Source of the DNA: a bacterium
GTDB taxonomy: Bacteria; Patescibacteriota; Patescibacteriia; UBA1558; S5-K13
Assembly: GCA_035356975.1 (NCBI GenBank)
Contig: DAORGW010000002.1
Coordinates: 1-61,375, forward strand
Direction of reading: 5' to 3'
Length of the DNA: 61,375 bases
Part shown: positions 36,263 through 45,690 of the stretch, piece by piece
Position numbering within the stretch: position 1 is the stretch's first letter
How the letters are laid out: each line of letters begins with the position of its first letter
The notes under the pieces: model-generated
What the model was told of the DNA's origin: nothing
Databases searched by the model: none
Seen by the model: the letters and a program-made list of their open reading frames with translations, nothing else
Made by a program: the position numbers and the translations under genes

Positions 36263-36967
36263 TTATTTTATCATTAAAGTTCCAATATCATCTTTTTCGA
36301 AAATACGTTTAAAATTTCCACTTTTTAATTTGAAAACTTTTATTTTTATATTATTTTTATCGGCTATTTCATAGGCACGTAAGTCCATAATCCCCAATTT
36401 CATTTTTATCGCATCTTTTAATTTTAGTTCTTGAAATTGTTTTGCATTCTTATATTTATTTGGATCTTTATCATAAACACCATCAACTTGAGTTGCTTTT
36501 AAAACTATTTCTGCTCTTAATTTTCTTGCCACATCAACGGACGAGGTGTCTGTTGTAAAATGAGGATTTCCGGTTCCTCCAGCAAAAACCAAAATATAAT
36601 TTTCCTTAAAATATTTTAAACATTTTTTATTATTATAAAGCTCTACAAAATTAGAAACTGGAAATGCAGAAATTACCTTTGATTTTACTCCAATTTGATT
36701 TAGCACACCACTTAAACACATTGCATTTAAAACTGTTGCTGTCATTCCCATGTGATCTGCGCGTATTTTATCTAACTCATTATTTTTTATCATACGACCC
36801 CTGAAAATATTTCCACCGCCTATCATAATTCCTATTCTTACACCTTTTTGATTTATATATTTTAGCTCATTTGCTAATTTTTTAATTATTACAAAATCAA
36901 AACCAAAATTACCAGCTCCGCTTAGAGCCTCTCCCGATAATTTAATAACCACTTTTTTATATTTCAT
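36263..36967 (-). CDS. pyrH: UMP kinase
   Basis: YKKVVIKLSGEAL N-terminus, GGGNIFRG, GTGNPHFTTDT motifs. Confidence 0.95.
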   Translation of the reverse strand: MKYKKVVIKLSGEALSGAGNFGFDFVIIKKLANELKYINQKGVRIGIMIGGGNIFRGRMIKNNELDKIRADHMGMTATVLNAMCLSGVLNQIGVKSKVISAFPVSNFVELYNNKKCLKYFKENYILVFAGGTGNPHFTTDTSSVDVARKLRAEIVLKATQVDGVYDKDPNKYKNAKQFQELKLKDAIKMKLGIMDLRAYEIADKNNIKIKVFKLKSGNFKRIFEKDDIGTLMIK

Positions 36968-37023
36968 GAAGAAAAATAAATTATTATAATTTCATTATAC
37001 AGCTCACAACAACAAATAACAAA

Positions 37024-37797
37024 CTACAGACTAAATCTTCTAAATTTATCTATTTTTGCTTGATTTTCTTCTAATAATTTGGAGATTGTTTTTGTATCAT
37101 CTTTTACAAACAACTGATTAGTAAGACAATTTTCTTTGTAAAATTTATCTAATTTACCATTTAATATGTTTTCAATTATATTTTCCGGCTTTCCTTCTTT
37201 GCTTAATTGTTCTCTGTAAATTTCTTTTTCTTTCTCTATTATATCATTTGGAACATCTTCTGGATGCAAATATGCTGGATTCATTGCTGTTGCGTGCATT
37301 GCAATATCTCTTGCCAATTCTTCACTTCCACCTATTAATGATACTATTGAAGCAATTTTATTATTTGTATGCAAATAATATGAAATTGGACTTCCTTCTA
37401 TAATTTCAAAAAATGCTAACTTTAAGTTCTCGCCAATTTTTACAATTAATTCATTTTTTATTTTATCGTCAGCTATTGATTCAAAATTTTCGACTCCTGT
37501 TTCTAAAAGTTTTTCTGATAATTCCTTGGTAGAGCTTATAAAATCTGAATTTCTTGCAACGAAATCTGTTTCACAATTTAATCCAACTACTGAAATTTTA
37601 TTATCTTTTTTAATAATAGAAATACAACCTTCATTTGCTGTTCTTGAAGATTTTTTATCTGCTAATTGTTCACCCTTTTTTCTAAGAAGTTCGACTGCTT
37701 GATTTAAGTCGCCATTTGTTTCTTCTAGTGCTTTCTGGCAATCACTCATTCCTGCACCAGTTAAATCTCTGAGTTGTTTAATTTGTGCTATGTCCAT
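37024..37797 (-). CDS. tsf: translation elongation factor Ts
   Basis: UBA-like N-terminus IKQLRDLTGAGMSDCQKALEETNGDLNQAVELLRKKG; downstream of rpsB. Confidence 0.93.
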   Translation of the reverse strand: MDIAQIKQLRDLTGAGMSDCQKALEETNGDLNQAVELLRKKGEQLADKKSSRTANEGCISIIKKDNKISVVGLNCETDFVARNSDFISSTKELSEKLLETGVENFESIADDKIKNELIVKIGENLKLAFFEIIEGSPISYYLHTNNKIASIVSLIGGSEELARDIAMHATAMNPAYLHPEDVPNDIIEKEKEIYREQLSKEGKPENIIENILNGKLDKFYKENCLTNQLFVKDDTKTISKLLEENQAKIDKFRRFSL

Positions 37798-37894
37798 ATT
37801 TATTTTTGTTAAAAAATTATAAAGTTAAAAGTTATAAAGTTCGTAAGTTTAAAAAAACCTAAAACTTTATAACTTGATAATTGATGCCAATTTT

Positions 37895-38575
37895 TTACTT
37901 TTTTGCTTCGTTTATAGATTCTTTAAATACTGAAAGTATAAGTTTTAAAGTGTTTACGGAATCATCATTTGCGGGAATTGGATAATCAACGAGTTCTGGA
38001 TTTGTATTTGTATCAGCAATTGCAATTACTGGAATTTTTCTTTCTTTTGCTTCTGTCACGGCTGTTTTTTCATAATTTATATCAACTACAAAAATTGCTT
38101 GTGGTATACCATTTAAATCTCTAATTCCCTCTACCATTTCTTTTAATTTTGCGATTTCTCTCTCAATCATTAGTTTTTCTTTTTTTGTATATTTTTCGTA
38201 CACACCATTTGCCATATCTTCCTCTAATTTCTTCATTTTATTTGGTAGGCGAATAATGTTATCAAAATTTGTAAATGTTCCGCCCAACCAACGAGATATT
38301 ACGTATGGCATATTTATGCTTTCAGCAAATTCTTTAACAATTGCTTTTGCTTGACGTTTTGTTCCAACAAAAAGAATTTTTCCTTTATTTGCAATTATTT
38401 TTTTTACAAATTCAGATGCCTTTTCAAGAGATTCTATTGTTTTTTCCAAATCAATAATATGAACCCCGTCTTTTACGCCGAAAATATATTTATCCATTTT
38501 TGGATATCTTTTTGATTTTACTTGGCCAAAATGTGCTCCACTTTTTAATAAATCTAGAATTGATACTGTTTTCAT
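37895..38575 (-). CDS. rpsB: 30S ribosomal protein S2
   Basis: LLKSGAHFGQ, GVHIIDLEKT, ILFVGTKRQA, RWLGGTFTN motifs. Confidence 0.95.
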   Translation of the reverse strand: MKTVSILDLLKSGAHFGQVKSKRYPKMDKYIFGVKDGVHIIDLEKTIESLEKASEFVKKIIANKGKILFVGTKRQAKAIVKEFAESINMPYVISRWLGGTFTNFDNIIRLPNKMKKLEEDMANGVYEKYTKKEKLMIEREIAKLKEMVEGIRDLNGIPQAIFVVDINYEKTAVTEAKERKIPVIAIADTNTNPELVDYPIPANDDSVNTLKLILSVFKESINEAKK

Positions 38576-38732
38576 ATTGTATTATTAGGCTTCAGTTTTT
38601 AGGTTTCAGTTTTTAGAAATTTATTTAAATCTAGATTTCCGGAAACTGTAAACTGTAATCTGAAAACTATTATTTAAATTAATAAAATTAAGCATGATTA
38701 TGCTTTAAAGTGATTAAATATTAGCATAATAG

Positions 38733-38774
38733 TGAAAAAAAAGCAAGAAAAAGGGTTGCTCCGCAGAGCAACCC
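38733..38774 (-). terminator. intrinsic terminator of the 52-codon gene
   Basis: 9-bp GC-rich stem gggttgctc / gagcaaccc (38753-74) with a 4-nt loop and a long minus-strand T-run. Confidence 0.8.
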
Positions 38775-38791
38775 ATGAAAAAGGAGGTCTC

Positions 38792-38950
38792 TTAATGAAG
38801 ACCACGGGGTTCTGGTATGAGACCGTCTTCATCTAAAAGATGCAAACGGTTATTAAGCCCCCTTGTATTAGAAAGAGCTTTAATTTCCTCATCCGTGGGT
38901 TCATCTTGTTTCCCAATAGACACTTTGGTTTTCTGTTTTTCCTTTTCCAT
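38792..38950 (-). CDS. small acidic protein (52 aa), not in the ORF track (below its size cut-off)
   Basis: Promoter TTGACA-N17-TAATAT on the minus strand, SD GGGAGG 5 nt before the ATG at 38950, strong terminator after the TAA at 38792. Translation: MEKEKQKTKVSIGKQDEPTDEEIKALSNTRGLNNRLHLLDEDGLIPEPRGLH. Confidence 0.65.
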   Translation of the reverse strand: MEKEKQKTKVSIGKQDEPTDEEIKALSNTRGLNNRLHLLDEDGLIPEPRGLH

Positions 38951-39091
38951 ACTTTCCTCCCATTTAATGATAATAATATATTACCCCTAAAATACAACAG
39001 TGTCAACTATAATAAATTATAAAAGCCCTTGCATATTGTTAAATATTGTGCTAATATCTTATTCAGTTTATATTAATAAAATTATATTTTT

Positions 39092-39379
39092 ATGAAAAAA
39101 GAATTACATCCAAAATACAACGAAAAAGTAAAAGTTACATGTACTTGTGGCAATACTTTTTATACTGGCTCCACAATGGATCCAATAAATATTGAAATTT
39201 GTTCACAATGTCATCCTTTTTACACGGGCAAACAGAAACTTATTGATGATTCAGGAATTATTAATAAATATGCTAAAAGAGTTGAAAGTCATGGAAAAAT
39301 TTCAAAAACAAAAGTTGGTAAAAAAGCAAAAAGAGCAAGACAAGCTGTTAAAAAGTCAACAAAATCTACAAAAAAATAA
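39092..39379 (+). CDS. rpmE: 50S ribosomal protein L31 with a Lys-rich C-terminal extension
   Basis: MKKELHPKYNEKVKVTCTCGNTF...CSQCHPFYTG L31 signature. Confidence 0.93.
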   Translation: MKKELHPKYNEKVKVTCTCGNTFYTGSTMDPINIEICSQCHPFYTGKQKLIDDSGIINKYAKRVESHGKISKTKVGKKAKRARQAVKKSTKSTKK

Positions 39380-39449
39380 CATAAGCAATAAAAGCATCTT
39401 TTACACAACAAAGATGTTTTTATTTTGTAAATTTTGATAAAATAAATAC

Positions 39450-40505
39450 ATGATTAATATTAAAAAAATAGAAGAATTACAAAAAAAATCCGAAGAATTG
39501 GAAAATCAAATGAATGATCCGGTAATTTTTAACGATCTTTCAAAAATTAAAAATATATCAAAAGAGTACAATGAGATAAAAAAAATTTTAGATAATTTTT
39601 CAAAAATTCAATTGATAGAAAAACAAATTTCTGAATGTGATGAAATTTTAAAATCCGAGGATGTTTCTATGATTGAAATTGCAAAATCTGAAAAGGAAAG
39701 TTTAGAACAAAAATTAAATAAATTAAATTTAGAAACTGAAGAAATGATAAATCCATCTTCTCCGTATGATAAAAAAAATGCGATTATGGAGATTCGCGCT
39801 GGAACGGGTGGAGAAGAATCTGGGCTTTTCTCTGCTGATTTATTTAGAATGTATTCAAGATATTGTGAAAGATACGGATTTAAACTACAAATACTAAGTG
39901 ATAGCCGGACTGAAATAGGTGGATTTAAAGAAATAATTTTTGAAATAATTGGTGATAATGCATTTGGTGTGCTTAAATACGAAAGCGGGGTTCATAGAGT
40001 ACAGCGCGTTCCAGAAACTGAAAAATCTGGAAGAATTCATACATCAGCCTCAACAGTTGCTGTGCTTCCAGAAGCAGAAGATGTTGATATTAAAATTGAA
40101 GATAAGGACTTAAAAATTGATACATTTTGTTCAAGTGGTGCTGGTGGTCAATCGGTTAACACAACTTATTCTGCTGTAAGAATTACTCATCTTCCAAGTG
40201 GTCTTGTTGTCTCGTGCCAAGACGAAAGATCCCAATCACAAAACAAGGAAAAGGCAATGCAAATTTTAAAATCTCGTTTACTTGCGTTAGAAGAAGAAAA
40301 AAGACAACAAGAAATTGCTAAAAATAGAAAATCTCAGGTTGGATCTGGTGATAGATCAGAAAAAATAAGAACATATAATTTTCCACAAAACAGAGTTACA
40401 GATCATAGAATAAATTTAACTTCATATAATTTAGATAGAGTTCTTGATGGTGAGATAGATGAATTCATAGAAAAATTAAAAGAATTCTATAGAAATGAAA
40501 ATTAA
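39450..40505 (+). CDS. prfA: peptide chain release factor 1
   Basis: GGQ motif [12 protein letters not shown]1-type tripeptide region RVPETE, class I RF length. Confidence 0.93.
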   Translation: MINIKKIEELQKKSEELENQMNDPVIFNDLSKIKNISKEYNEIKKILDNFSKIQLIEKQISECDEILKSEDVSMIEIAKSEKESLEQKLNKLNLETEEMINPSSPYDKKNAIMEIRAGTGGEESGLFSADLFRMYSRYCERYGFKLQILSDSRTEIGGFKEIIFEIIGDNAFGVLKYESGVHRVQRVPETEKSGRIHTSASTVAVLPEAEDVDIKIEDKDLKIDTFCSSGAGGQSVNTTYSAVRITHLPSGLVVSCQDERSQSQNKEKAMQILKSRLLALEEEKRQQEIAKNRKSQVGSGDRSEKIRTYNFPQNRVTDHRINLTSYNLDRVLDGEIDEFIEKLKEFYRNEN

Positions 40506-41346
40506 TGAATCATTAAAATTTGCCCATGAAATTTTAAGAAAGGCTGGGATTGATTCTTTTGTTTTAGATTCTGAAATTTTATTGGGGTTTGTTTTGAAAA
40601 AAAGCAGGGAATGGATTTTAGCAAATCCTGATTTTATACTTCACAAAAAAGCAGAAAAAAAATTTTTTAGATTAATTATAAAACGTGTAAAAAATTATCC
40701 AGTTGCATATATTTTGGGCTATAAATATTTTTATGGATTAAAATTTAAAGTAAATAAAAGCGTGTTAATACCAAGGCCAGAAACAGAAATTTTAGTTGAT
40801 GGCACCTTCGAGGTGGTCAACCTGCGAGGTGGTCAACCTGCGAGGTTAACAATCCTTGATATTGGAACGGGTTCTGGTTGTATCGCAATTACACTTGCAA
40901 AAAAAATAAAAAATGTAAAAATTATAGCATGCGATATTTCACAAAAAGCACTAAGAATTGCTAAGAAAAATGCGAAGATAAACAAAGTAAACAATATTGA
41001 ATTTATAAAAAGTGATTTATTAAAAAATATAAAAAATAAAAAAATAGATATCATTGTGGCAAACCTACCCTATGTAAAAAAAGACTATACTAATGATTCT
41101 ATAAAATATGAACCACGCTCTGCGCTCTATTCTTACTCAAAAGATGGATTGTCGTATTATAAAAAATTATTACACCAAATAAAAAAATTCGAATTTAATC
41201 CAAAGTATATATTTTTTGAAATAGATCCCGAACAGCGTCCGATTTTAGAAACTTTTGTAAAGCAAATATTTAAAAAAACAATAATTGAAATAAAAAAAGA
41301 TCTAAATAGTCTTGGTAGGGTTTTTATAATAAAACTCATAATTTAA
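40495..41346 (+). CDS. prmC: release-factor glutamine N5-methyltransferase PrmC
   Basis: PRPETE, SAM motif [12 protein letters not shown], catalytic NLPY (NPPY variant); overlaps the prfA stop. Confidence 0.88.
   Translation: MKINESLKFAHEILRKAGIDSFVLDSEILLGFVLKKSREWILANPDFILHKKAEKKFFRLIIKRVKNYPVAYILGYKYFYGLKFKVNKSVLIPRPETEILVDGTFEVVNLRGGQPARLTILDIGTGSGCIAITLAKKIKNVKIIACDISQKALRIAKKNAKINKVNNIEFIKSDLLKNIKNKKIDIIVANLPYVKKDYTNDSIKYEPRSALYSYSKDGLSYYKKLLHQIKKFEFNPKYIFFEIDPEQRPILETFVKQIFKKTIIEIKKDLNSLGRVFIIKLII
40803..40847. repeat. 16-nt-period GC-rich repeat inside prmC (CACCTTCGAGGT, AACCTGCGAGGT, AACCTGCGAGGT)
   Basis: Exact 12-mers at 40819-30 and 40835-46 plus a degenerate copy at 40803-14; in frame, encoding [14 protein letters not shown]. 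Confidence 0.9.
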
Positions 41347-41354
41347 TATTAAAA

Positions 41355-41390
41355 ACAAAAAAACAGCCCAACACTTTGAGCTGTTTTTTA
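41355..41390. terminator. bidirectional terminator between prmC and the delta-60 repeat gene
   Basis: acagc (41363-67) / gctgt (41380-84) flanked by an A-run and a T-run. Confidence 0.5.
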
Positions 41391-41400
41391 TATAAATATA

Positions 41401-42975
41401 TTACTCTATACTAAAACCTATTTCATAATCCCTAAAAGATGCTTCACTTATATCATGAACTAATTTATTCCAATTAGGACCATATAATCTATTGGCGGCA
41501 TTTTCTGTTTTTATCCACTGCAATGCTCCACCAGCAGAAACTCTATACACTTTTGGAATTGATGGTATTTTTACTAAAGAATTGGCATTAAATGGTACAT
41601 TTTTACCCAAAGGATATGATTCTAATTTTCTAGAAGACACAGAGGGGATATTATAAAAAGCATTACTATCAAAATAAGAATACCATATAGATTCATTAAT
41701 ATATGCGTGCCTTATTTGATTCATATCTATAAAATATACGGCGGATGTGTCCCTTGACTTTACCCAAGAACCCCTAGTCCAAAATGATAAATTTTGTTTA
41801 TTAAAACTATTATCCAAAGAAGCGTCTAAATTTAATCTTGCAATATAATTTCTCATCTGCCCATTATACATTGTAAATTTACCAACTATAATTATTCGAC
41901 TATCTTGATCTAATTTAGAAAAAAAGATTGCGTTATCTGCGCCGAGATTTGGGTTAAAACTTGTATCAAGCGAACCATCTGAGTTTAATCTTGCAATACG
42001 ATTTCTTGATGTCCTGTTATATTTTGAAAAATATCCACTTATTATTAATTTATTATCCCGCTGTCTGTATATAGAATAAATAGTATAATCTGCCCCAGAA
42101 CCAGGATTAAAACTTGTATCAAGCGAACCATCTGAGTTTAATCTTGCAATACGATTTCTTGATATCCCGTTATATGTTGTAAAATCACCACCTATTATTA
42201 TTTTTCCACCAGATCCAATTGTTAAAAATCTAATAAATTGATCTGCCCCAGAACCAGGATTAAAACTTGTATCAAGTGATCCATCTAAATTTAATCTTGC
42301 AATACGATTTCTTGATATCCCGTTATATGTTGTAAAATCACCACCTATTATTATTTTTCCATCTGGTTGAAAAGTAGAAGTATAAACAGAATATCTTGCC
42401 CCCAAACCAGGATTAAAACTTGTATCAAGTGATCCATCTGAATTTAATCTTGCAACACCACCCCTTCCTAAATAGTCATATCTTGTAAAGTCTCCTACTA
42501 TTATTATTTTTCCATCTGACTGAATAGAGCAGCCATAAATAGAATTATCCGCCCCATTACCAATATTAAAACTTGTATCAAGCGAACCATCTGAGTTTAA
42601 TCTTGCGATACGGTTTCTTGATGTACCATTATATGTTGTAAAATCACCACCTATTATTATTTTTCCGTCTTGTTGTTCACACATAGAACGGATTATATTA
42701 TTTAACCCAGAGCCAGGATTAAAACTTGTATCAAGCGAACCATCTGAGTTTAATCTTGCAATACGATTTCTTGATGTACCATTATATGTTGTAAAATCAC
42801 CACCTATTATTATTTTGCCATCTGGCTGAAGAGTATAAACATATATCTGATTATTTGCCCCTTGATATATATTTTCTGACAATGTTGTATCTGCCAGAGA
42901 ATTACTAATAAAATATATACTTGCACCCACAACCATTAAAGATATTATCAATAAAATCTTATTTATTCTTTTCAT
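41401..42975 (-). CDS. secreted delta-60-repeat (seven-blade beta-propeller-like) protein with a C-terminal unknown domain
   Basis: Signal/TM N-terminus, then 7 tandem units of about 51 aa: DGKIIIGGDFTTYNGxSRNRIARLNSDGSLDTSFNPGSGA. Confidence 0.75.
   Translation of the reverse strand: MKRINKILLIISLMVVGASIYFISNSLADTTLSENIYQGANNQIYVYTLQPDGKIIIGGDFTTYNGTSRNRIARLNSDGSLDTSFNPGSGLNNIIRSMCEQQDGKIIIGGDFTTYNGTSRNRIARLNSDGSLDTSFNIGNGADNSIYGCSIQSDGKIIIVGDFTRYDYLGRGGVARLNSDGSLDTSFNPGLGARYSVYTSTFQPDGKIIIGGDFTTYNGISRNRIARLNLDGSLDTSFNPGSGADQFIRFLTIGSGGKIIIGGDFTTYNGISRNRIARLNSDGSLDTSFNPGSGADYTIYSIYRQRDNKLIISGYFSKYNRTSRNRIARLNSDGSLDTSFNPNLGADNAIFFSKLDQDSRIIIVGKFTMYNGQMRNYIARLNLDASLDNSFNKQNLSFWTRGSWVKSRDTSAVYFIDMNQIRHAYINESIWYSYFDSNAFYNIPSVSSRKLESYPLGKNVPFNANSLVKIPSIPKVYRVSAGGALQWIKTENAANRLYGPNWNKLVHDISEASFRDYEIGFSIE
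41785..42855. repeat. seven tandem repeats of about 153 bp within the delta-60 repeat gene, several stretches identical at the DNA level
   Basis: For example gattaaaacttgtatcaagcgaaccatctgagtttaatcttgc recurs at about 42107, 42570 and 42717. Confidence 0.85.
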
Positions 42976-43070
42976 ATTATTATTTAATTAATTTTTTATA
43001 TATAATAAATCACATTAATCATATATCTTATATATAACACCATATACAAAGTTAAATCAATGGTAAACTC

Positions 43071-43099
43071 AAAAAGCCAAGATAAACTTGGCTTTTTTT
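43071..43099. terminator. bidirectional intrinsic terminator
   Basis: aaaaagccaag-ataaa-cttggcttttt. Confidence 0.7.
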
Positions 43100-43109
43100 G
43101 ATTATTGAC

Positions 43110-43880
43110 TTACAAAATTGTTTTAAAGGCTTCAACTGCCTGACGCTTTGTTTCTTCTATAGAAACTGAGGCATCAATATAAACTACTTTTACACCCCGA
43201 GACTGAAATATCATTTGAAAATCTTGACTTTCATAAATTGGTTTAAGTTTTTTCTGAAAATCAAGTTGTTCAAAATTACAATCATCATTTTTTTCTGTTC
43301 TGTTTTGTAATCTTTTTTCTAAATCTTCTGGGTTTTGAATTGTTGGAACTATTAAAAGATTCATTGGATGAGAAAGGGCAAAGGCATTTCCCTCCATTTT
43401 AATAATTTCTTCAACGCTTAAATCATTTTCTTTTTGTTCTTTTGATTGAAGTGTTTGATAGGTAATAGAGGTTGAGACGCTTCTTGATTGAATAATTGTT
43501 TTCCCCACGTCGAGCGCTGGCAAAATAATTCTCCTATACAAAACCATTCTATCATTTGAATAACATTCTGCTGTAAATCTGGCAGAATATCTTCTGGAAG
43601 TTTTTTTAATAACCTCTTCTCTTATAGAAAGACCAGTTCCTGTAAAAGTTGGTTCAGATGAACGAATCACATCAAAAGAATTCAAATCTAGATAATAATC
43701 AGAGTTGTTATTTTCAAAATCAGGATGAAAACCATGCTCTACCCAATATTTATCTAAATTTAGAACTCTTTTTCCTTGTAATTCAAGAAATTCAATTATT
43801 GCATCTATTCCCACTCCTTTTCCTACTCCATCTAGCCCATCAATGACTACAAATTTTCCTTTCATTTTGGATTCCTCCAT
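43110..43880 (-). CDS. thymidylate kinase-like P-loop nucleotide kinase
   Basis: GKFVVIDGLDGVGKG matches the Tmk P-loop (xxEGxDGxGK); longer than canonical Tmk. Confidence 0.55.
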   Translation of the reverse strand: MEESKMKGKFVVIDGLDGVGKGVGIDAIIEFLELQGKRVLNLDKYWVEHGFHPDFENNNSDYYLDLNSFDVIRSSEPTFTGTGLSIREEVIKKTSRRYSARFTAECYSNDRMVLYRRIILPALDVGKTIIQSRSVSTSITYQTLQSKEQKENDLSVEEIIKMEGNAFALSHPMNLLIVPTIQNPEDLEKRLQNRTEKNDDCNFEQLDFQKKLKPIYESQDFQMIFQSRGVKVVYIDASVSIEETKRQAVEAFKTIL

Positions 43881-43883
43881 TTA

Positions 43884-44354
43884 TTATTTTATTAATTCAA
43901 CAAACGAGTATTTAAAATCATCTGTTTCAAAATTTTCCTGTTTTATTATATTTTTAAATTCACTATAATCCGGGAAAAATGCATCTGCATCAGTAACTTC
44001 ACAGTCAACAATTGTAAGATATAATTTGTCTGCTGTTTTTATAGTTTGTTCATAAATACTTGCGCCACCTATTATAAAAATTTCTTTGTCTTTTGATAGT
44101 GCAAAATCAATTGCCATCTCAAGTGATGTAAAAACTTCACAATTAGGAATTTCAATTTTATCTTTACTCACTACAACATTAATTCTATTTGCTAGTGGTT
44201 TTCCTATAGAATAATAAGTATTAAGTCCCATTAAAACAGGATGGTTTTGAGTAATTTCTTTAAAGTGTTTCAAATCATCTGGCAAATGCCACAATAATTG
44301 ATTATTTTTCCCTATTGCCAAATTTTTTGCAACAACCGCGATTATGTTTATCAT
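43884..44354 (-). CDS. folA: dihydrofolate reductase
   Basis: MINIIAVVAKNLAIGKNNQLLWHLPDDLKHFKEIT and IIGGASIYEQ motifs; 156 aa. Confidence 0.9.
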   Translation of the reverse strand: MINIIAVVAKNLAIGKNNQLLWHLPDDLKHFKEITQNHPVLMGLNTYYSIGKPLANRINVVVSKDKIEIPNCEVFTSLEMAIDFALSKDKEIFIIGGASIYEQTIKTADKLYLTIVDCEVTDADAFFPDYSEFKNIIKQENFETDDFKYSFVELIK

Positions 44355-44360
44355 ATTAAA

Positions 44361-45653
44361 TTATTTTTCTTTTATATCTTGCGTTCCTCTTCTTATATCC
44401 CAATCATCTTTATCTAGATCTGATTGTAGTTTAATCTCTGGAAAATTATTTAAAAGCTCTCTTGTCATTTTATGTGCAATATTTCTCAATGTTGGATGAA
44501 CACTTTTCCCAGATCTAAGTTCTGTTACATAACAAGCAGCAGGAAGTCCATAAGCTACACGACAAGTAACATTAAAACCAAGTGATATATAATATTGCTT
44601 TATAAATTCAGAAGTATCTAATTCATCTATTAATTTTTTCTGATTCTTTATTAAATTTTCTGCTTCAATTCTTAAATCATCTGGTAATTGAGATAAATAC
44701 CACTCATTAAAACCAAATTCAGTTGTAAGAAGTGGCATACGACAAACTCCATTTCTGTGTCTTTGCAGATCCCTAAATGAACCAAAATCAAGCAGAAAAT
44801 CAAATCTTATAACCCCTAACTCTGTCAAAAAATGTGGTAATCCTGTTTTAATAGATCTTTTATTAAATAAATCAATATATTTTTTTAATTCCTCGTGTTT
44901 TATGTCTGTATAAAAGGCAAAGTCTGAATCTAATTTTTCTAATTTATAATATGAATATTTTTGCATTACATACTTTCTATAATTTTCTTGTTCTTCAAAT
45001 GTAACATCACTGAAACTATGAGAATATTTTTCTTTTAACTTATTCCAAATTTCTTTTGCAATATTTCTAACTTCTTCTATCGGATGATACTGCATTAAAA
45101 GCAATTTATCACTTGCTTGTCTTAAATTTGTATGCCAACTTAACTGTGTCGTAATTCCAGCTGGTAAAAATCCTCTCATTATATCAAAACATCTTGCATT
45201 TATAGCCCTTTGATAAATATTTTCATCTTCATCTGATTTCTTTGAATAAATTGATCTTATATGACTTTTAACACTTTCTTGATTTCCAATGTAAAACTTC
45301 ATCCAATTATTCAAAATTTCTTTAGATTTTTCATTATTTAAAGGATCTATAATTTCTTGTTTTGACATATCAATATATCTAGTACTTGTTTCTTGTCCAC
45401 TGTAAAGTGGCCAATCTTGAATAGATTTATCCGCTAGAATACTTAATTTCTCTATAAAAATCGTGGTACTTCCACAATCGGCAATACTTGAGTGCCCATA
45501 TCCGAGATAAAAAGTTTCCATAAATTTTCCAGATCCACATTTTCTTACTTTTTCAACGTGATCTATAACAGAACTAGCGCTTCTTGAATAGAGCGCTTGA
45601 AGCATTGCATTATCTTCAGGATTAAATTCATCAAAAATAAAAATTTTTGCCAT
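44361..45653 (-). CDS. thyX: long (430 aa) ThyX-like flavin-dependent thymidylate synthase family protein, apparently a fused two-lobe form
   Basis: The N-terminal lobe has SGQETSTRYI (the S-x-Q-E-S-x-RY part of the ThyX motif) and the C-terminal lobe has FRDLQRHRNG (RHR motif); embedded among dut, folA and dCMP deaminase. Confidence 0.6.
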   Translation of the reverse strand: MAKIFIFDEFNPEDNAMLQALYSRSASSVIDHVEKVRKCGSGKFMETFYLGYGHSSIADCGSTTIFIEKLSILADKSIQDWPLYSGQETSTRYIDMSKQEIIDPLNNEKSKEILNNWMKFYIGNQESVKSHIRSIYSKKSDEDENIYQRAINARCFDIMRGFLPAGITTQLSWHTNLRQASDKLLLMQYHPIEEVRNIAKEIWNKLKEKYSHSFSDVTFEEQENYRKYVMQKYSYYKLEKLDSDFAFYTDIKHEELKKYIDLFNKRSIKTGLPHFLTELGVIRFDFLLDFGSFRDLQRHRNGVCRMPLLTTEFGFNEWYLSQLPDDLRIEAENLIKNQKKLIDELDTSEFIKQYYISLGFNVTCRVAYGLPAACYVTELRSGKSVHPTLRNIAHKMTRELLNNFPEIKLQSDLDKDDWDIRRGTQDIKEK

Positions 45654-45690
45654 ATTTCTAATTTTAATACTAAAATTTATGAACTAAAAA

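Noticed and set aside
38840-39022. 60-aa plus-strand ORF between rpsB and rpmE
   Set aside because: It has no promoter or SD, and its product is an odd Phe/Leu-rich peptide. The opposite strand carries a 52-codon ORF with a promoter, a GGGAGG SD and a strong terminator, which explains the region better.
39192-39437. 81-aa ORF overlapping rpmE in another frame, and 34953..35192 overlapping the small membrane-protein gene
   Set aside because: These are alternative-frame shadows of genes that have clear signatures or signals.
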